This document shows positions 20,148 to 31,868 of a stretch of 64,000 nt of DNA, piece by piece. Made by a program: the position numbers and the translations under genes. The stretch spans positions 17,543-81,542 of the forward strand of contig DBFDVR010000013.1 in NCBI GenBank assembly GCA_048321375.1, read 5' to 3'. Position 1 is the first letter of the stretch. Each line of letters starts with the position of its first letter. Below the pieces are notes generated by a model, which was not told where the DNA came from, made no database searches, and worked only from the letters and a program-made list of their open reading frames with translations. Source of the DNA: Collinsella sp. Lineage in GTDB: Bacteria; Actinomycetota; Coriobacteriia; Coriobacteriales; Coriobacteriaceae.

Positions 20148-20467
20148 ATCGTGCTCCTCTAGATACGTAATAGTGTGATGTGTTGTAAGGATTCTACAGC
20201 ACCACTGTGTCACGGTGGAGTTTCACTCGCTATTTGAGGATACCAATCAAAGATGCCTTGCTATCGGCTTTCTCTATAACAGAGCGGCTAATCTAGGCAC
20301 GGACTATAAAGACTGGTATCTGATGCAAAATACCAGTTAATAGAGCTCCATCCCAAATTGACTACCCTTAAACCATGGAGAGAGGTCTGCAATTTATGCA
20401 GTTGATTGGCTGTTGAGGGTGGCAACGCCGCCTTGATAGGGTAACCTCATTGATTGGTTTCGCGACA

Positions 20468-20494
20468 GCAACATAACGGTAATGTCGCGGAAAC
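20468..20494 (+). promoter_or_regulatory. Candidate actinobacterial GlnR-type box
   Basis: GCAAC-N6-GTAAT-N6-GAAAC half-sites at 11-bp spacing upstream of glnA. Confidence 0.5.
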
Positions 20495-20573
20495 ACGGCG
20501 AGTCTAAGCTATGACTCGTTCGTTAGTAATCAACACCGCTTCTCACGCGGTGCCGATACGAAGGGAGTTCCGT

Positions 20574-22661
<2,088 letters not shown>

Positions 22662-22690
22662 AGCGTAACTGACATATCGTTACGGTATTG

Positions 22691-22728
22691 AGCCGGGGTT
22701 CGCATTACGCGGGCCCCGGTTTTTGTTT
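22691..22728 (+). terminator. glnA terminator
   Basis: AGCCGGGGTTCGC-atta-CGCGGGCCCCGGT followed by a T run. Confidence 0.8.
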
Positions 22729-23016
22729 GCGAAGAGCGCTTAGGAGTCCGTTTTGCAACTGATTCGCCCACGTAATAAGGGGGCGAGGGCAAAAAACGTC
22801 AAATATGAGTACTGTCACAAGTCCTGTAGCATTATCTTTTTGCAAAATATGCAGTATTACGCAACATATGTCCAAGTACTTAGCTGATAAACGCCTGCAA
22901 TTCTTTCGCCGTAGGACACCTGACGTCTAAATCGATTTCTGAAGGCATGAAATCGCTGTTACTAAATCGGTAACAGTACTCATATTTGCCATTTTTTGCC
23001 CATGGTCCATCGGAAG

Positions 23017-23056
23017 ATGCCGGGATCCGCACCCTGCCGGGTCCGAATCCCGGCAT
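23017..23056 (-). repeat. Short tRNA T-arm-mimicking palindromic element downstream of tRNA-Glu
   Basis: Minus strand ATGCCGGGATTCGGACCCGGCAGGGTGCGGATCCCGGCAT; 14/15 antisense to the tRNA-Glu T-arm. Confidence 0.7.
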
Positions 23057-23065
23057 ATCGGTAGC

Positions 23066-23097
23066 AAAAAGCCCGCTACCGAATTGGTAACGGGCTT
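23066..23097 (-). terminator. tRNA-Glu terminator
   Basis: Minus strand AAGCCCGTTACC-aattc-GGTAGCGGGCTTTTT. Confidence 0.8.
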
Positions 23098-23108
23098 CAC
23101 ATTTCAAA

Positions 23109-23185
23109 TGGTGCCCCCAGCGGGATTCGAACCCGCGATATCCACCTTGAAAGGGTGGCGTCCTTGGCCGCTAGACGATGGGGAC
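23109..23185 (-). tRNA. tRNA-Glu (TTC)
   Basis: Cloverleaf GTCCCCA...CTTTCAA anticodon loop...GGTTCGAATCC...TGGGGGC-ACCA. Confidence 0.97.
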
Positions 23186-23245
23186 AGCGGGAAAGAGTAT
23201 AGCAGACTTTTTTAGCCGTTCACATATCGTTGGCAAACTGAAAAA

Positions 23246-23278
23246 CCACCACAAAGGTGCCTGTCCCCTTTGTGGTGG
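23246..23278. repeat. REP-like palindrome
   Basis: CCACCACAAAGG-tgcctgtcc-CCTTTGTGGTGG; shares the ACAAAGGGG(A)CAG..CCTTTGT core with 18-50. Confidence 0.6.
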
Positions 23279-23285
23279 CGAGGCG

Positions 23286-25463
23286 TTAGGGGAGGAGCTT
23301 CATCGCGGCGTCGTGGGCGGCGTGCTCGTAGGTGTCGTCGAGGGGTTTGAGCGGCAGCAGGGCTGTGGCCTGCGCATCGCCGCGGCGCTCGAGGGCATGC
23401 GCGATCAGCCAGTCGGCGAGTTCGGGGTTTTTGGGCAGTGCCGGTCCGTGTAGGTACGTGCCGATGACGCCCTTGTAGATCAGACCCTCAAAGCCGTCGT
23501 CGCCGTTGTTGCCGGTGCCCGTGACGACGGACGTTCCGAGCGGCGTGGCATCGGCGTCCAAAAGCGTGCGGCCGCCATGGTTCTCGAATCCCACAAAGGG
23601 CTCGGGTGCCAGGTCGGTTTTGACGGCTACGTTGCCGATCAGGCGGTCGGAGCCGCGTACGGTTTCGGCGGCAATGACCCCCAGACCCTCAATGCGATTC
23701 TCACCCATATAGTACGAACGGCCGAGCAGCTGATAGCTGCCGCAGATGGCGAGCAGCGAACCGCCATCCTCAACATAGGATGCGACCTTGTCTTTTTGAG
23801 CGAGCAGCTCGTGTGCCACGGCTAGCTGGTCGCGGTCGGAGCCGCCACCCATCATGACGATATCGGCATCGGTGAGATCGAGTGACTCGCCCATACGGAC
23901 CTCGTCCACGCGAACGGGGATGCCGCGCCAGGCGCAGCGACGCTCGAGGGCGATAACGTTGCCGCCGTCGCCGTAGAGGTTGAGGGCATCGGGGTACAGG
24001 TAGACGATGCGCAGCGGGCGCGAAAGCTCGACTGGCGCGATGCCGACGGGGACGGCACTGCCATCGGCACACGTTGCAGCGCGGGCAGCAACCGTGGCTG
24101 CATCGGCACCCTTCAGCCCATCGAGTTCTTTGACCAGCGGCGGGAAGGCCGTGTAGTTGGCGACGGCATAGAAAGTGTCGCCTGCGGCTTCATCCGCAAC
24201 GGCGCCAATTGCCTGCGCGACGTCCGAGATAATCGCGGCATCGATGCCGGCGTACTTGAGGCGTACCTGCATGTCGTGCGCACGCGTGCCTCCGGCAAAG
24301 GCGACAAGACCCGGTGTGTCGGCGATGCGCTCGAAGTCGACGTCGTAGATCCACGAGACATCGTGGCCGTCGGCGTCGTTGTCGTTCAGGAAGAAGGCGC
24401 AGAGCCTGCCGCCTGCCGTTTTAATGGACTGGATCTGGCGATCGAAGCCCACGGGATTTTTGGCCAGGTTTGCCTCGACGATACGGCCGGCGATCTCCCA
24501 GCGGCCCATACGTCCGCCGGCGGGGACGTAGGCATCGAGCGTAGGCTGTAGAAACGCCGTGTCCACGCCCAACTCGCGTGCGGCAAAGAAGGCGGCGGCA
24601 ACGTTATAGACCATGTACAGACCGTTGTAGCGTGTGGCGATGTGTACGGCAGCCGCGTCGGGCGCAGATCCAAAGACCAGGTCGAAGCCGTAGCCGTCGC
24701 AGCCGAGCTTCACGCCCGTCACACGGCGGACCAGTGCGGGGCGTGCCCAACCGCACGAGGGGCAATGGTATGCGCCAAGCTGGCCGTATTGCACGTAGTC
24801 ATACTCCAGCGGCGCGTTGCACTGTGAGCAAAAGCGCGAGTCGCTAATACGGTCGGACTCGGTGTTGGTGGCGCCGTCGATGCCAAAGGCGATGCTTGCA
24901 TTGGGAACGCGCGCGGCGATCGCGGCACACAGCGGATCGTCGGCGTTATAGATGAGCGTCGTTGCCGGCGAAAGCTCCAACGCATGGGCGATGACGTCTT
25001 GGGTATGGTCGATCTCGCCGTAGCGATCCAGCTGGTCACGGAACAGGTTGAGCAGCACAAAGTAGGTCGGCTTGAGCTTGGGCAGAACGCGTACGGTGTA
25101 GAGCTCGTCGCACTCAAAAACGCCCACGCGCTTGCCGCTGTCGACACGCTTAAGACCGCTGCGGGCCTCGAGCAGGGCACCCACCACACCAGGCTCCATA
25201 TTGTTGCCGGCACGGTTGCACACCACGGTAGCACCGCTGGCAGCAACGGCGTCGGCGATGAGGTTGGATGTGGTGGTCTTGCCATTAGTACCGGTGATCA
25301 CCACGCTGCGGTCGACCAGACTCGCGAGGTCGCTCAGCAGCTCGGGGTCAATCTTCATGGCGATGCGGCCGGGAAGCACGCCGCCCTGGCGCTTGAGGAT
25401 GGAGCGCAGTCCCCAGCGGGCGATATCGCTCGAGGTGCAGGCGAGAGATGAGCGGAGGTTCAT
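23286..25463 (-). CDS. Fused MurT-GatD lipid II isoglutaminyl synthase
   Basis: TGTNGKTT, NLFRDQLDRYGE, CxxC..CxxC, DGHDVSWIYD, then LNLYGDGGN, AICGSYQ, GFENH, GTYLHGP in one frame. Confidence 0.92.
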   Translation of the reverse strand: MNLRSSLACTSSDIARWGLRSILKRQGGVLPGRIAMKIDPELLSDLASLVDRSVVITGTNGKTTTSNLIADAVAASGATVVCNRAGNNMEPGVVGALLEARSGLKRVDSGKRVGVFECDELYTVRVLPKLKPTYFVLLNLFRDQLDRYGEIDHTQDVIAHALELSPATTLIYNADDPLCAAIAARVPNASIAFGIDGATNTESDRISDSRFCSQCNAPLEYDYVQYGQLGAYHCPSCGWARPALVRRVTGVKLGCDGYGFDLVFGSAPDAAAVHIATRYNGLYMVYNVAAAFFAARELGVDTAFLQPTLDAYVPAGGRMGRWEIAGRIVEANLAKNPVGFDRQIQSIKTAGGRLCAFFLNDNDADGHDVSWIYDVDFERIADTPGLVAFAGGTRAHDMQVRLKYAGIDAAIISDVAQAIGAVADEAAGDTFYAVANYTAFPPLVKELDGLKGADAATVAARAATCADGSAVPVGIAPVELSRPLRIVYLYPDALNLYGDGGNVIALERRCAWRGIPVRVDEVRMGESLDLTDADIVMMGGGSDRDQLAVAHELLAQKDKVASYVEDGGSLLAICGSYQLLGRSYYMGENRIEGLGVIAAETVRGSDRLIGNVAVKTDLAPEPFVGFENHGGRTLLDADATPLGTSVVTGTGNNGDDGFEGLIYKGVIGTYLHGPALPKNPELADWLIAHALERRGDAQATALLPLKPLDDTYEHAAHDAAMKLLP

Positions 25464-25508
25464 GAAGCCGTTCCTAACATAGATGACATGGTCGGGGCGA
25501 TCGCGTCG

Positions 25509-26552
25509 CTAAAAGCCGTAGCGGCGCGCAAATTCCTGGGCAAGCTGCGATACGTCTTCGCAGGCGTTGGCCCAGGGGGCAAAGTCGGGGGTGTCCGAGA
25601 TAATGCCGTCGGCTTCCCAAACCGCCTGGTGCGAGAGGTCCCAGGGGTCGCGTGGCTCGGGTCGGCAGGGAAGGTACGGCGTCTGGTACACCGGATTCAG
25701 CAAGAAGAACGCGCCGCCCTCGCAACGGTTAGCGAACTCACGCAGCGCGCGCGTCGCCGGGCGCATCTTGTTTGTTTTGAACAGCAGGATCGTGCGGGCG
25801 AGCAGGTACCAAGGAGAGTTTTCGAGTGCGTCTGCCCCCATCTGTTCCTCGAGCTGATGTGCCAGGGCAAAAAAGCCGTCCTGGTCTTCCAAGCGGGCGA
25901 GGGCGAGCAACACGGTGCCGGCAGCTCGGGTGGGATAACCTTCTGCCTTAAGGACGCGGTGGGCGTAGTTGGCAGCAGCACGGTAACGAGCGCTCGCCAT
26001 GCACAGCTGCGAGATGGCCTCGAGCGTGTGAAGCCAGCCAATAAGCGCCGGCTCGCTCACGGTAAGGTCTGCTGCGGTGACACCGTCGGCCAAAACAGTA
26101 TTGGCCCAGTAGTGCGGAGCCTCCATATCAAACCCGGGCACGCTCTGTTGCAGGTAGTCGGCCGTGCTCGCCTCGAGCTTCATCAGGTCGCCCAGGCAGG
26201 CATCGACGGGCGTGTCCGCCAGGATGATGGCGAGCAACTGCGCATCGACGGCAAGTGCATCGACGCGGACGATCTTGAGCAGCTCATCGCGCATATCGTC
26301 GAACAGACGGTTGCGCGTCTGCTCAAACTCCTCGTCGCTGCCCATGTCCTCGATGCGACGAAGCTCGTCAAGCAAATGACGATGAACGCCGGCATAGGAC
26401 AGCAGCGCTTGGGCATGTTCGGTTTGCGCATACTTGTGAGGGTTTGCGCTGATGTCGTTATGGACAAGCTCGCGTGCTGCATCGGTGAGTTCGGGGTGCG
26501 ATGCCAGATAGGTGCGCTCCAGATAGGCGGGGATGTAGACGCTCGGATCCAT
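25509..26552 (-). CDS. Hypothetical TPR-like helical protein
   Basis: 347-aa ORF coupled (TAATG) to the upstream paralogue. Confidence 0.8.
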   Translation of the reverse strand: MDPSVYIPAYLERTYLASHPELTDAARELVHNDISANPHKYAQTEHAQALLSYAGVHRHLLDELRRIEDMGSDEEFEQTRNRLFDDMRDELLKIVRVDALAVDAQLLAIILADTPVDACLGDLMKLEASTADYLQQSVPGFDMEAPHYWANTVLADGVTAADLTVSEPALIGWLHTLEAISQLCMASARYRAAANYAHRVLKAEGYPTRAAGTVLLALARLEDQDGFFALAHQLEEQMGADALENSPWYLLARTILLFKTNKMRPATRALREFANRCEGGAFFLLNPVYQTPYLPCRPEPRDPWDLSHQAVWEADGIISDTPDFAPWANACEDVSQLAQEFARRYGF

Positions 26553-27628
26553 TAGAGGTCTCCTCCCTTAAACGGCAATCCCTGTTCGGCCGCGCGCAGG
26601 ATTCGTTCGTCGATCTGGGAGCGCACGATGTCGTTGGTGGCGACCCAGGCGGCAAAGCTGGCGTTGTCGGGCGCGCCTAGGCCCTCCTGCAGCACCGGCG
26701 TCGCCTCGGACAGGGCAAGGACAAGCTCGTCGGTGGAGCCCGGACCTACGTTGACGCGAGCATAGACGCCATCGGGAAATTCGGTTTGGAAGTAGAGCGC
26801 CTCGGCCGCGTGCGGGCATGAGCGCACCAGGATGCGCAGGTAGTGTTCGGCGCCCTCGTAATCCAGCTCGCGCCAGGCAGCGCTCATCAACGCGATGAGC
26901 GTCCACGGGTCCAGGTCGCGCTCTGCGTCCTTGGGACGGCGGCGCAGCGGCGTGTTGGCAAGATAGGGTACGGAGTGGGCAGAACGAAAACGCTTGAGCT
27001 CCTCGGCAGGGTATTCGAGCTTTGCCATGGCAAGCATCGCGGTATGGCGGACGCCAGCGGGATCGTTGGGCGCAAAGTCCAGGCTGCGATTCGCGGCATC
27101 CAGCGACATGCGGTAGCGGCCGCTAATGAGCGCGCGCGATGCCAAGGCAGCAAGCCAGCGCAGGTAGGGACGGCGGGTCAGGTCGCCTGCGGCCTCACGC
27201 TCGTAGGGGTCCTGCGCCGAGGCGATCTTGAGCGCCAGATTGTGCTCCACCTCGTCGCACTTGGACACCAGATACTGCACGTATTCCTCGTTGGATTCGG
27301 CTGTGAGCGCCGTCAGCATGCGCTGGGCATCCCAGTTGGCCGGATCGAGCGCGGCCGCCTCGCGGAGCATGTTCTCGGCTGCAGCTTCTTCTTGCTCTGC
27401 CTGGGCGTCGTCGGGGATAAAGGGGATGCGGTAGTCGACAGCCTCGACGACCTTGGCAATGAGATGCCCGGCGCGGTCGCGGTCGTGCACGATGAGCGGC
27501 GCGGGGTTACGGGTGAATTGTTCCATCAGACGCTCTACGGCGGCACCGTCGGTGAGCGGGATATTGTCGCGGCGCAAGGCCTCAAGAACGAGGCGATGGC
27601 AATCCTCTTGAATGGGATCGAATGCCAT
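26552..27628 (-). CDS. Hypothetical TPR-like helical protein
   Basis: AGGAGG RBS before MAFDP; AAALDPANWDA and SLDFAPND TPR-like turns. Confidence 0.8.
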   Translation of the reverse strand: MAFDPIQEDCHRLVLEALRRDNIPLTDGAAVERLMEQFTRNPAPLIVHDRDRAGHLIAKVVEAVDYRIPFIPDDAQAEQEEAAAENMLREAAALDPANWDAQRMLTALTAESNEEYVQYLVSKCDEVEHNLALKIASAQDPYEREAAGDLTRRPYLRWLAALASRALISGRYRMSLDAANRSLDFAPNDPAGVRHTAMLAMAKLEYPAEELKRFRSAHSVPYLANTPLRRRPKDAERDLDPWTLIALMSAAWRELDYEGAEHYLRILVRSCPHAAEALYFQTEFPDGVYARVNVGPGSTDELVLALSEATPVLQEGLGAPDNASFAAWVATNDIVRSQIDERILRAAEQGLPFKGGDL

Positions 27629-28128
27629 GGGGCCTCCTTTGCTGCGGTTAGGGTTCAAATATCTCTATATAAGGTTCTAGTTTACCCGCATGTGGCACAC
27701 CGGGGGTGTCGCACTTGGACTTGCACCTTTGCACCACGAAGACGGATGTCGCACAAATGTCGGCACCTTGGACGACCGAGTGGTATCACAGTGCCGTAAA
27801 CGGTCGATTTTTGGCGGCGAACGGGGCACATTTTGGAGGGGCACAGTCCTGCCCGGGATATGTGGTCAACCCTGATAAAACGTTTGCCCAGCTTGGGAGT
27901 ATGAATGCCCCACAAGGGTCTTTAGGGATAGAAAAAACGTTTCACCATTATCGGCTTTAGGTGAATAACTGACCAACCAGAACGGTAAAATAGTGTTTGT
28001 CTGAGCGTTGAGACGTTCAGACATCGCGCATTGTCATCGCCGGCAACGCGCAAAACGGTCCTAACGGAGCCAATCGGGTGCTCCGTTATATACGCAAGTC
28101 TAAGAGGGGCTTGTTTAGGAGGCACAGT

Positions 28129-29352
28129 ATGGGACGTTTTACCAATCCTCGCGATCTGTACTTTGGTGAGGGCGCTCGCCACGAGGTGAAGAACCTCAAG
28201 GGCAAGAAGGCCATCATCGTTTCTGGCGGCAGCTCTATGCGCCGCGGCGGGTTCCTGCAGGACGTTGAGGCCGACCTCAAAGAGGGCGGTTTCGAGGTCA
28301 AGCTGTTCGAGGGCGTCGAGTCCGACCCGTCCATCGAGACGGTCATGAAGGGCGCCGAGGCCATGCGCGAGTTCGAGCCCGACTGGATTATCGCCATCGG
28401 CGGCGGCTCGCCCATCGATGCCGCTAAGGCCATGTGGGTCTTCTACGAGTATCCCGAGGAGTCCTTCGATAACATCATCCAGCCGTTCAGCTTCCCCGAG
28501 CTGCGTCAGAAGGCTCACTTCTGCGCCATCTCCTCTACCTCCGGCACCGCTACCGAGGTCACTGCCTTCTCCGTCATCACCGACTACGCCAAGGGCATCA
28601 AGTACCCGCTGGCCGACTTCAACATCACTCCTGATGTCGCCATCGTCGACCCCGAGCTCACCTACACCATGCCCGCCAAGCTGTGCGCTCACACCGGCAT
28701 GGATGCTCTGACCCACTGCATGGAGGCCTACGTTTCCACCTGCGCCTCTATGTTCACCGACGCCAACGCTCTGCACGGCATCCGCGAGATCGTCGAGTGG
28801 CTGCCCAAGTCCTATGCTGGCGACCATGAGGCCCGTCAGCACATGCACGAGGCTCAGTGCATCGCCGGTATCGCCTTCTCCTCGGGCCTGCTCGGCATCG
28901 TTCACTCCATGGCTCACAAGACCGGTGCTGCCTTCGAGAACGGCCACATCATCCACGGTGCTGCTAACGCCATGTACCTGGGCAAGGTCATCCAGTGGAA
29001 CTCCAAGGATCCCCGTGCTGCCGAGCGTTACGCTTACGTGGCCAAGGAGATCCTGCACCTTCCCGGCGAGACCAACGAGGAGCTCATCGCTGCACTCGTC
29101 CAGAAGATTCGCGACCTCAACGACCAGCTCAACATTCCGCAGTCCATCAAGGATTACGCGAATGGTGGCGTGAAGGTCGACGCCGAGAACCCGCAGATGG
29201 TTTCCGAGGAGGAGTTCCTCGCCAAGCTGCCCGAGATCGCCGCGAACGCCGAGCAGGACGCTTGCACGCCCGAGAACCCGCGTGAGACCAAGGCTGCCGA
29301 CTTCGAGAAGATCCTCAAGGCCTGCTACTACGACACCGACATCGATTTCTAA
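28129..29352 (+). CDS. Iron-containing alcohol dehydrogenase
   Basis: GGGSPID, SGTATE, DALTH, HSMAH...HG. Confidence 0.94.
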   Translation: MGRFTNPRDLYFGEGARHEVKNLKGKKAIIVSGGSSMRRGGFLQDVEADLKEGGFEVKLFEGVESDPSIETVMKGAEAMREFEPDWIIAIGGGSPIDAAKAMWVFYEYPEESFDNIIQPFSFPELRQKAHFCAISSTSGTATEVTAFSVITDYAKGIKYPLADFNITPDVAIVDPELTYTMPAKLCAHTGMDALTHCMEAYVSTCASMFTDANALHGIREIVEWLPKSYAGDHEARQHMHEAQCIAGIAFSSGLLGIVHSMAHKTGAAFENGHIIHGAANAMYLGKVIQWNSKDPRAAERYAYVAKEILHLPGETNEELIAALVQKIRDLNDQLNIPQSIKDYANGGVKVDAENPQMVSEEEFLAKLPEIAANAEQDACTPENPRETKAADFEKILKACYYDTDIDF

Positions 29353-29373
29353 TCGACTCTTGTTATCGTAACG

Positions 29374-29414
29374 AGGGGCTCCGCACGTATCTGTACGGAG
29401 CCCCTTTCTTTTTT
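29374..29414 (+). terminator. adh terminator
   Basis: AGGGGCTCCG...CGGAGCCCCT followed by a T-rich tail. Confidence 0.75.
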
Positions 29415-29435
29415 CTTTTAGAGAATGGGATAGTT

Positions 29436-30536
29436 ATGGCTGCAATTTTCAATAGCCCCAGCAAGTACATCCAGGGTCCGGACGAGCTCGCCAAGCTCGG
29501 CTCTTACGTTGAGCCGCTCGGCGCTAAGGCCCTCGTCATCGTGACGCCTTCGGGCAAGAAGCGCGTCGGTGCCAAGATCGAGGGCGGTTTTACCGAGGCT
29601 AAGGCCGAGCTGCTGTTTGAGGACTTTAACGGCGAGTGCTCCAAGGGCGAGGTCGATCGCCTGGTTGCGCTCGCTCGCGACAACGGTTGCGACATCATCG
29701 TCGGCGTCGGTGGCGGCAAGATCCTCGACACCGCGAAGGCCGTCGCCTATTACCTGGAGTCCCCGGTTATCATTTGCCCCACCATTGCTTCGACCGATGC
29801 CCCGTGTTCGGCGCTTTCGGTGCTCTATACCGATGACGGCCAGTTCGACAAATACCTCTTCCTTAAGGCAAACCCCAATATCGTCCTTATGGATACGACG
29901 GTTATCGCGGCGAGCCCGGTGCGCCTGACGGTTTCCGGTATGGGCGATGCGCTCGCAACCTATTTCGAGGCTCAGGCGACGCACGATGCCGACGGCGGCA
30001 CCTGCGCCGGCGGCAAGGGCGGCATGGCCGGCCTGGCGCTCGCCAAGCTCTGCTACGAGACGCTTATGGCCGATGGCGTCAAGGCCAAGGTTGCGCTGGA
30101 GAAGGGCGCGCTCACGCCTGCCGTCGAGCACATCATCGAGGCCAATACGCTGCTTTCGGGCATTGGCTTTGAGAGCTCGGGCCTTGCTGCCGCTCATGCC
30201 ATCCACAATGGCCTGACGATGCTGCCCGAGTGCCACAGCATGTATCACGGCGAGAAGGTCGCCTTCGGCACCATCGTCCAGCTGGTACTCGAGGATGCCC
30301 CGACCGAGAAGCTCGAGGAAGTCTTGGGCTTCTGCATTGAGCTTGGCCTGCCGGTCACGATGAAGGAACTTGGCGTTGCCGAGCTTACGCGCGAGCAGGC
30401 CATGATTGTTGCCGAGGCCGCCTGCGCACCCGATGACACCATGTGCAACATGCCCTTTGAGGTGACGCCCGAGATGGTCGCAAACGCCATCCTGGGTGCC
30501 GACGCGCTGGGCCACTACTATCTCATGGATGAGTAA
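29436..30536 (+). CDS. gldA: Glycerol dehydrogenase
   Basis: SPSKYIQG, GGGKILD, ASTDAPCSALSV, GDALAT, HAIHNG, HGEKV. Confidence 0.92.
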   Translation: MAAIFNSPSKYIQGPDELAKLGSYVEPLGAKALVIVTPSGKKRVGAKIEGGFTEAKAELLFEDFNGECSKGEVDRLVALARDNGCDIIVGVGGGKILDTAKAVAYYLESPVIICPTIASTDAPCSALSVLYTDDGQFDKYLFLKANPNIVLMDTTVIAASPVRLTVSGMGDALATYFEAQATHDADGGTCAGGKGGMAGLALAKLCYETLMADGVKAKVALEKGALTPAVEHIIEANTLLSGIGFESSGLAAAHAIHNGLTMLPECHSMYHGEKVAFGTIVQLVLEDAPTEKLEEVLGFCIELGLPVTMKELGVAELTREQAMIVAEAACAPDDTMCNMPFEVTPEMVANAILGADALGHYYLMDE

Positions 30537-30649
30537 ATCAAGCTAAGGAAGGGGCAAAGCCAACAGATGGCTTTGCCCCTTTTTGCTATGGTGCAAAGGG
30601 GCAAGGTTACTTTGCACCAATCGTTGTTTGATGAAGGGCGGATTCTCGT

Positions 30650-31717
30650 ATGGCGCTTCCCATGGTTTATGGCGGTCCCGGCCGGTATGTTCAGGGGCCG
30701 GGCGAACTGTCGCGTCAAGGCAAGTATTTGTCATGGTTGGGCTGCGCTGCCTATGTCTTGTTTGACCAGGGCACCGAGGATCGGCTGTGCAGGCAGATCG
30801 TCGATGGATTTCTGGACGAAGATCTAAGCGAGCCGTTCTTTAAGATTTATGACGGTCCGTGTACGGAAGAGGCCGTTGTCGAAATGGCTAAGGAAGCCCA
30901 GGCCGAGTATTGCGACATGGTAGTGGGTATTGGCGGCGGCAAAATGCTCGATATCGCCAAGGCCGTTGCGTTTTATGCCGAGTTGCCGTTGTGCGTATGC
31001 CCCACGGCGGCTTCGATGGACGGTCCGTGCAGCGCGATTTCGGTGCTGTATCACGAGGATGGGTCGTTCGACCGCTACCTGATGCTCGAGAAGAATCCAG
31101 ACCTGGTCGTGGTCGATACCAACGTGGTCGCGGCGGCCCCACTGCGTATGACGGTCGCTGGCATGGGCGATGCGCTGGCAACGTACTTCGAGGCGCGTTC
31201 GTGCGTCGCGGCGCACGGCACTAACGAGCACGGTGGCGCGCCGGGGCACTTGGCCCTGGTTGCGGCTCTTGCCTGCTACGACACGCTCATGGAGTGCGGC
31301 GTCGCTGCCAAGCGCGATCTCAAAAAGGGCCGTATATCGCCGGCGGTTGAGCGCCTGATCGAGTGCAATATTCTGCTCTCGGGCGTAGGCTTTGAGAGTG
31401 GTGGCTTGGCGTTGGCGCACGCCATCGCCAACGGTCTGACGATTCTGCCCGAGTGCAAGGCCATGCATGGTGAGGCCGTGGCATTTGGCCTGGTGGTGCA
31501 GCTGCGCCTGGAGCGTGCGCCCGAGCTTGATCAGGTGCTCGAGTTTTGCCAGCGCGTTGGTCTGCCGACGACGCTCGAGGAGCTGGGCCTTGGCGAGATT
31601 TCCGATGCCGACCTGCAGGGTGTTGCAAATGCGGTCTTTAGAAACGAGCGTAACATGGCCAACGAGCAGGTCAAGGTGACCAAACAAAAGCTCGTGCAGC
31701 TCATGCGCGAGGCATAG
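30650..31717 (+). CDS. Glycerol dehydrogenase paralogue
   Basis: PGRYVQG, GGGKMLD, GDALAT, HAIANG, HGEAV. Confidence 0.88.
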   Translation: MALPMVYGGPGRYVQGPGELSRQGKYLSWLGCAAYVLFDQGTEDRLCRQIVDGFLDEDLSEPFFKIYDGPCTEEAVVEMAKEAQAEYCDMVVGIGGGKMLDIAKAVAFYAELPLCVCPTAASMDGPCSAISVLYHEDGSFDRYLMLEKNPDLVVVDTNVVAAAPLRMTVAGMGDALATYFEARSCVAAHGTNEHGGAPGHLALVAALACYDTLMECGVAAKRDLKKGRISPAVERLIECNILLSGVGFESGGLALAHAIANGLTILPECKAMHGEAVAFGLVVQLRLERAPELDQVLEFCQRVGLPTTLEELGLGEISDADLQGVANAVFRNERNMANEQVKVTKQKLVQLMREA

Positions 31718-31868
31718 CTTGGCACTTGATTGACCTTGTGCAATCGAGGCGGCGATAGGCCATAGGCTATTTGCCGCAAAGATGCGCTGCATGTAATTTG
31801 CCCGAGGCGTGGGCCGATGGCGTATCATTATCTCTTGCTTGTTTGCACTGCTCAGGGAGGGGCCGCGC

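Noticed and set aside
20150..20420. SAM or cobalamin riboswitch upstream of metF
   Set aside because: No recognisable conserved core by eye.
20421..20432. ANTAR hairpin upstream of glnA (GGC-AACGCC-GCC)
   Set aside because: Only one hairpin; the required second hairpin and terminator are not evident.
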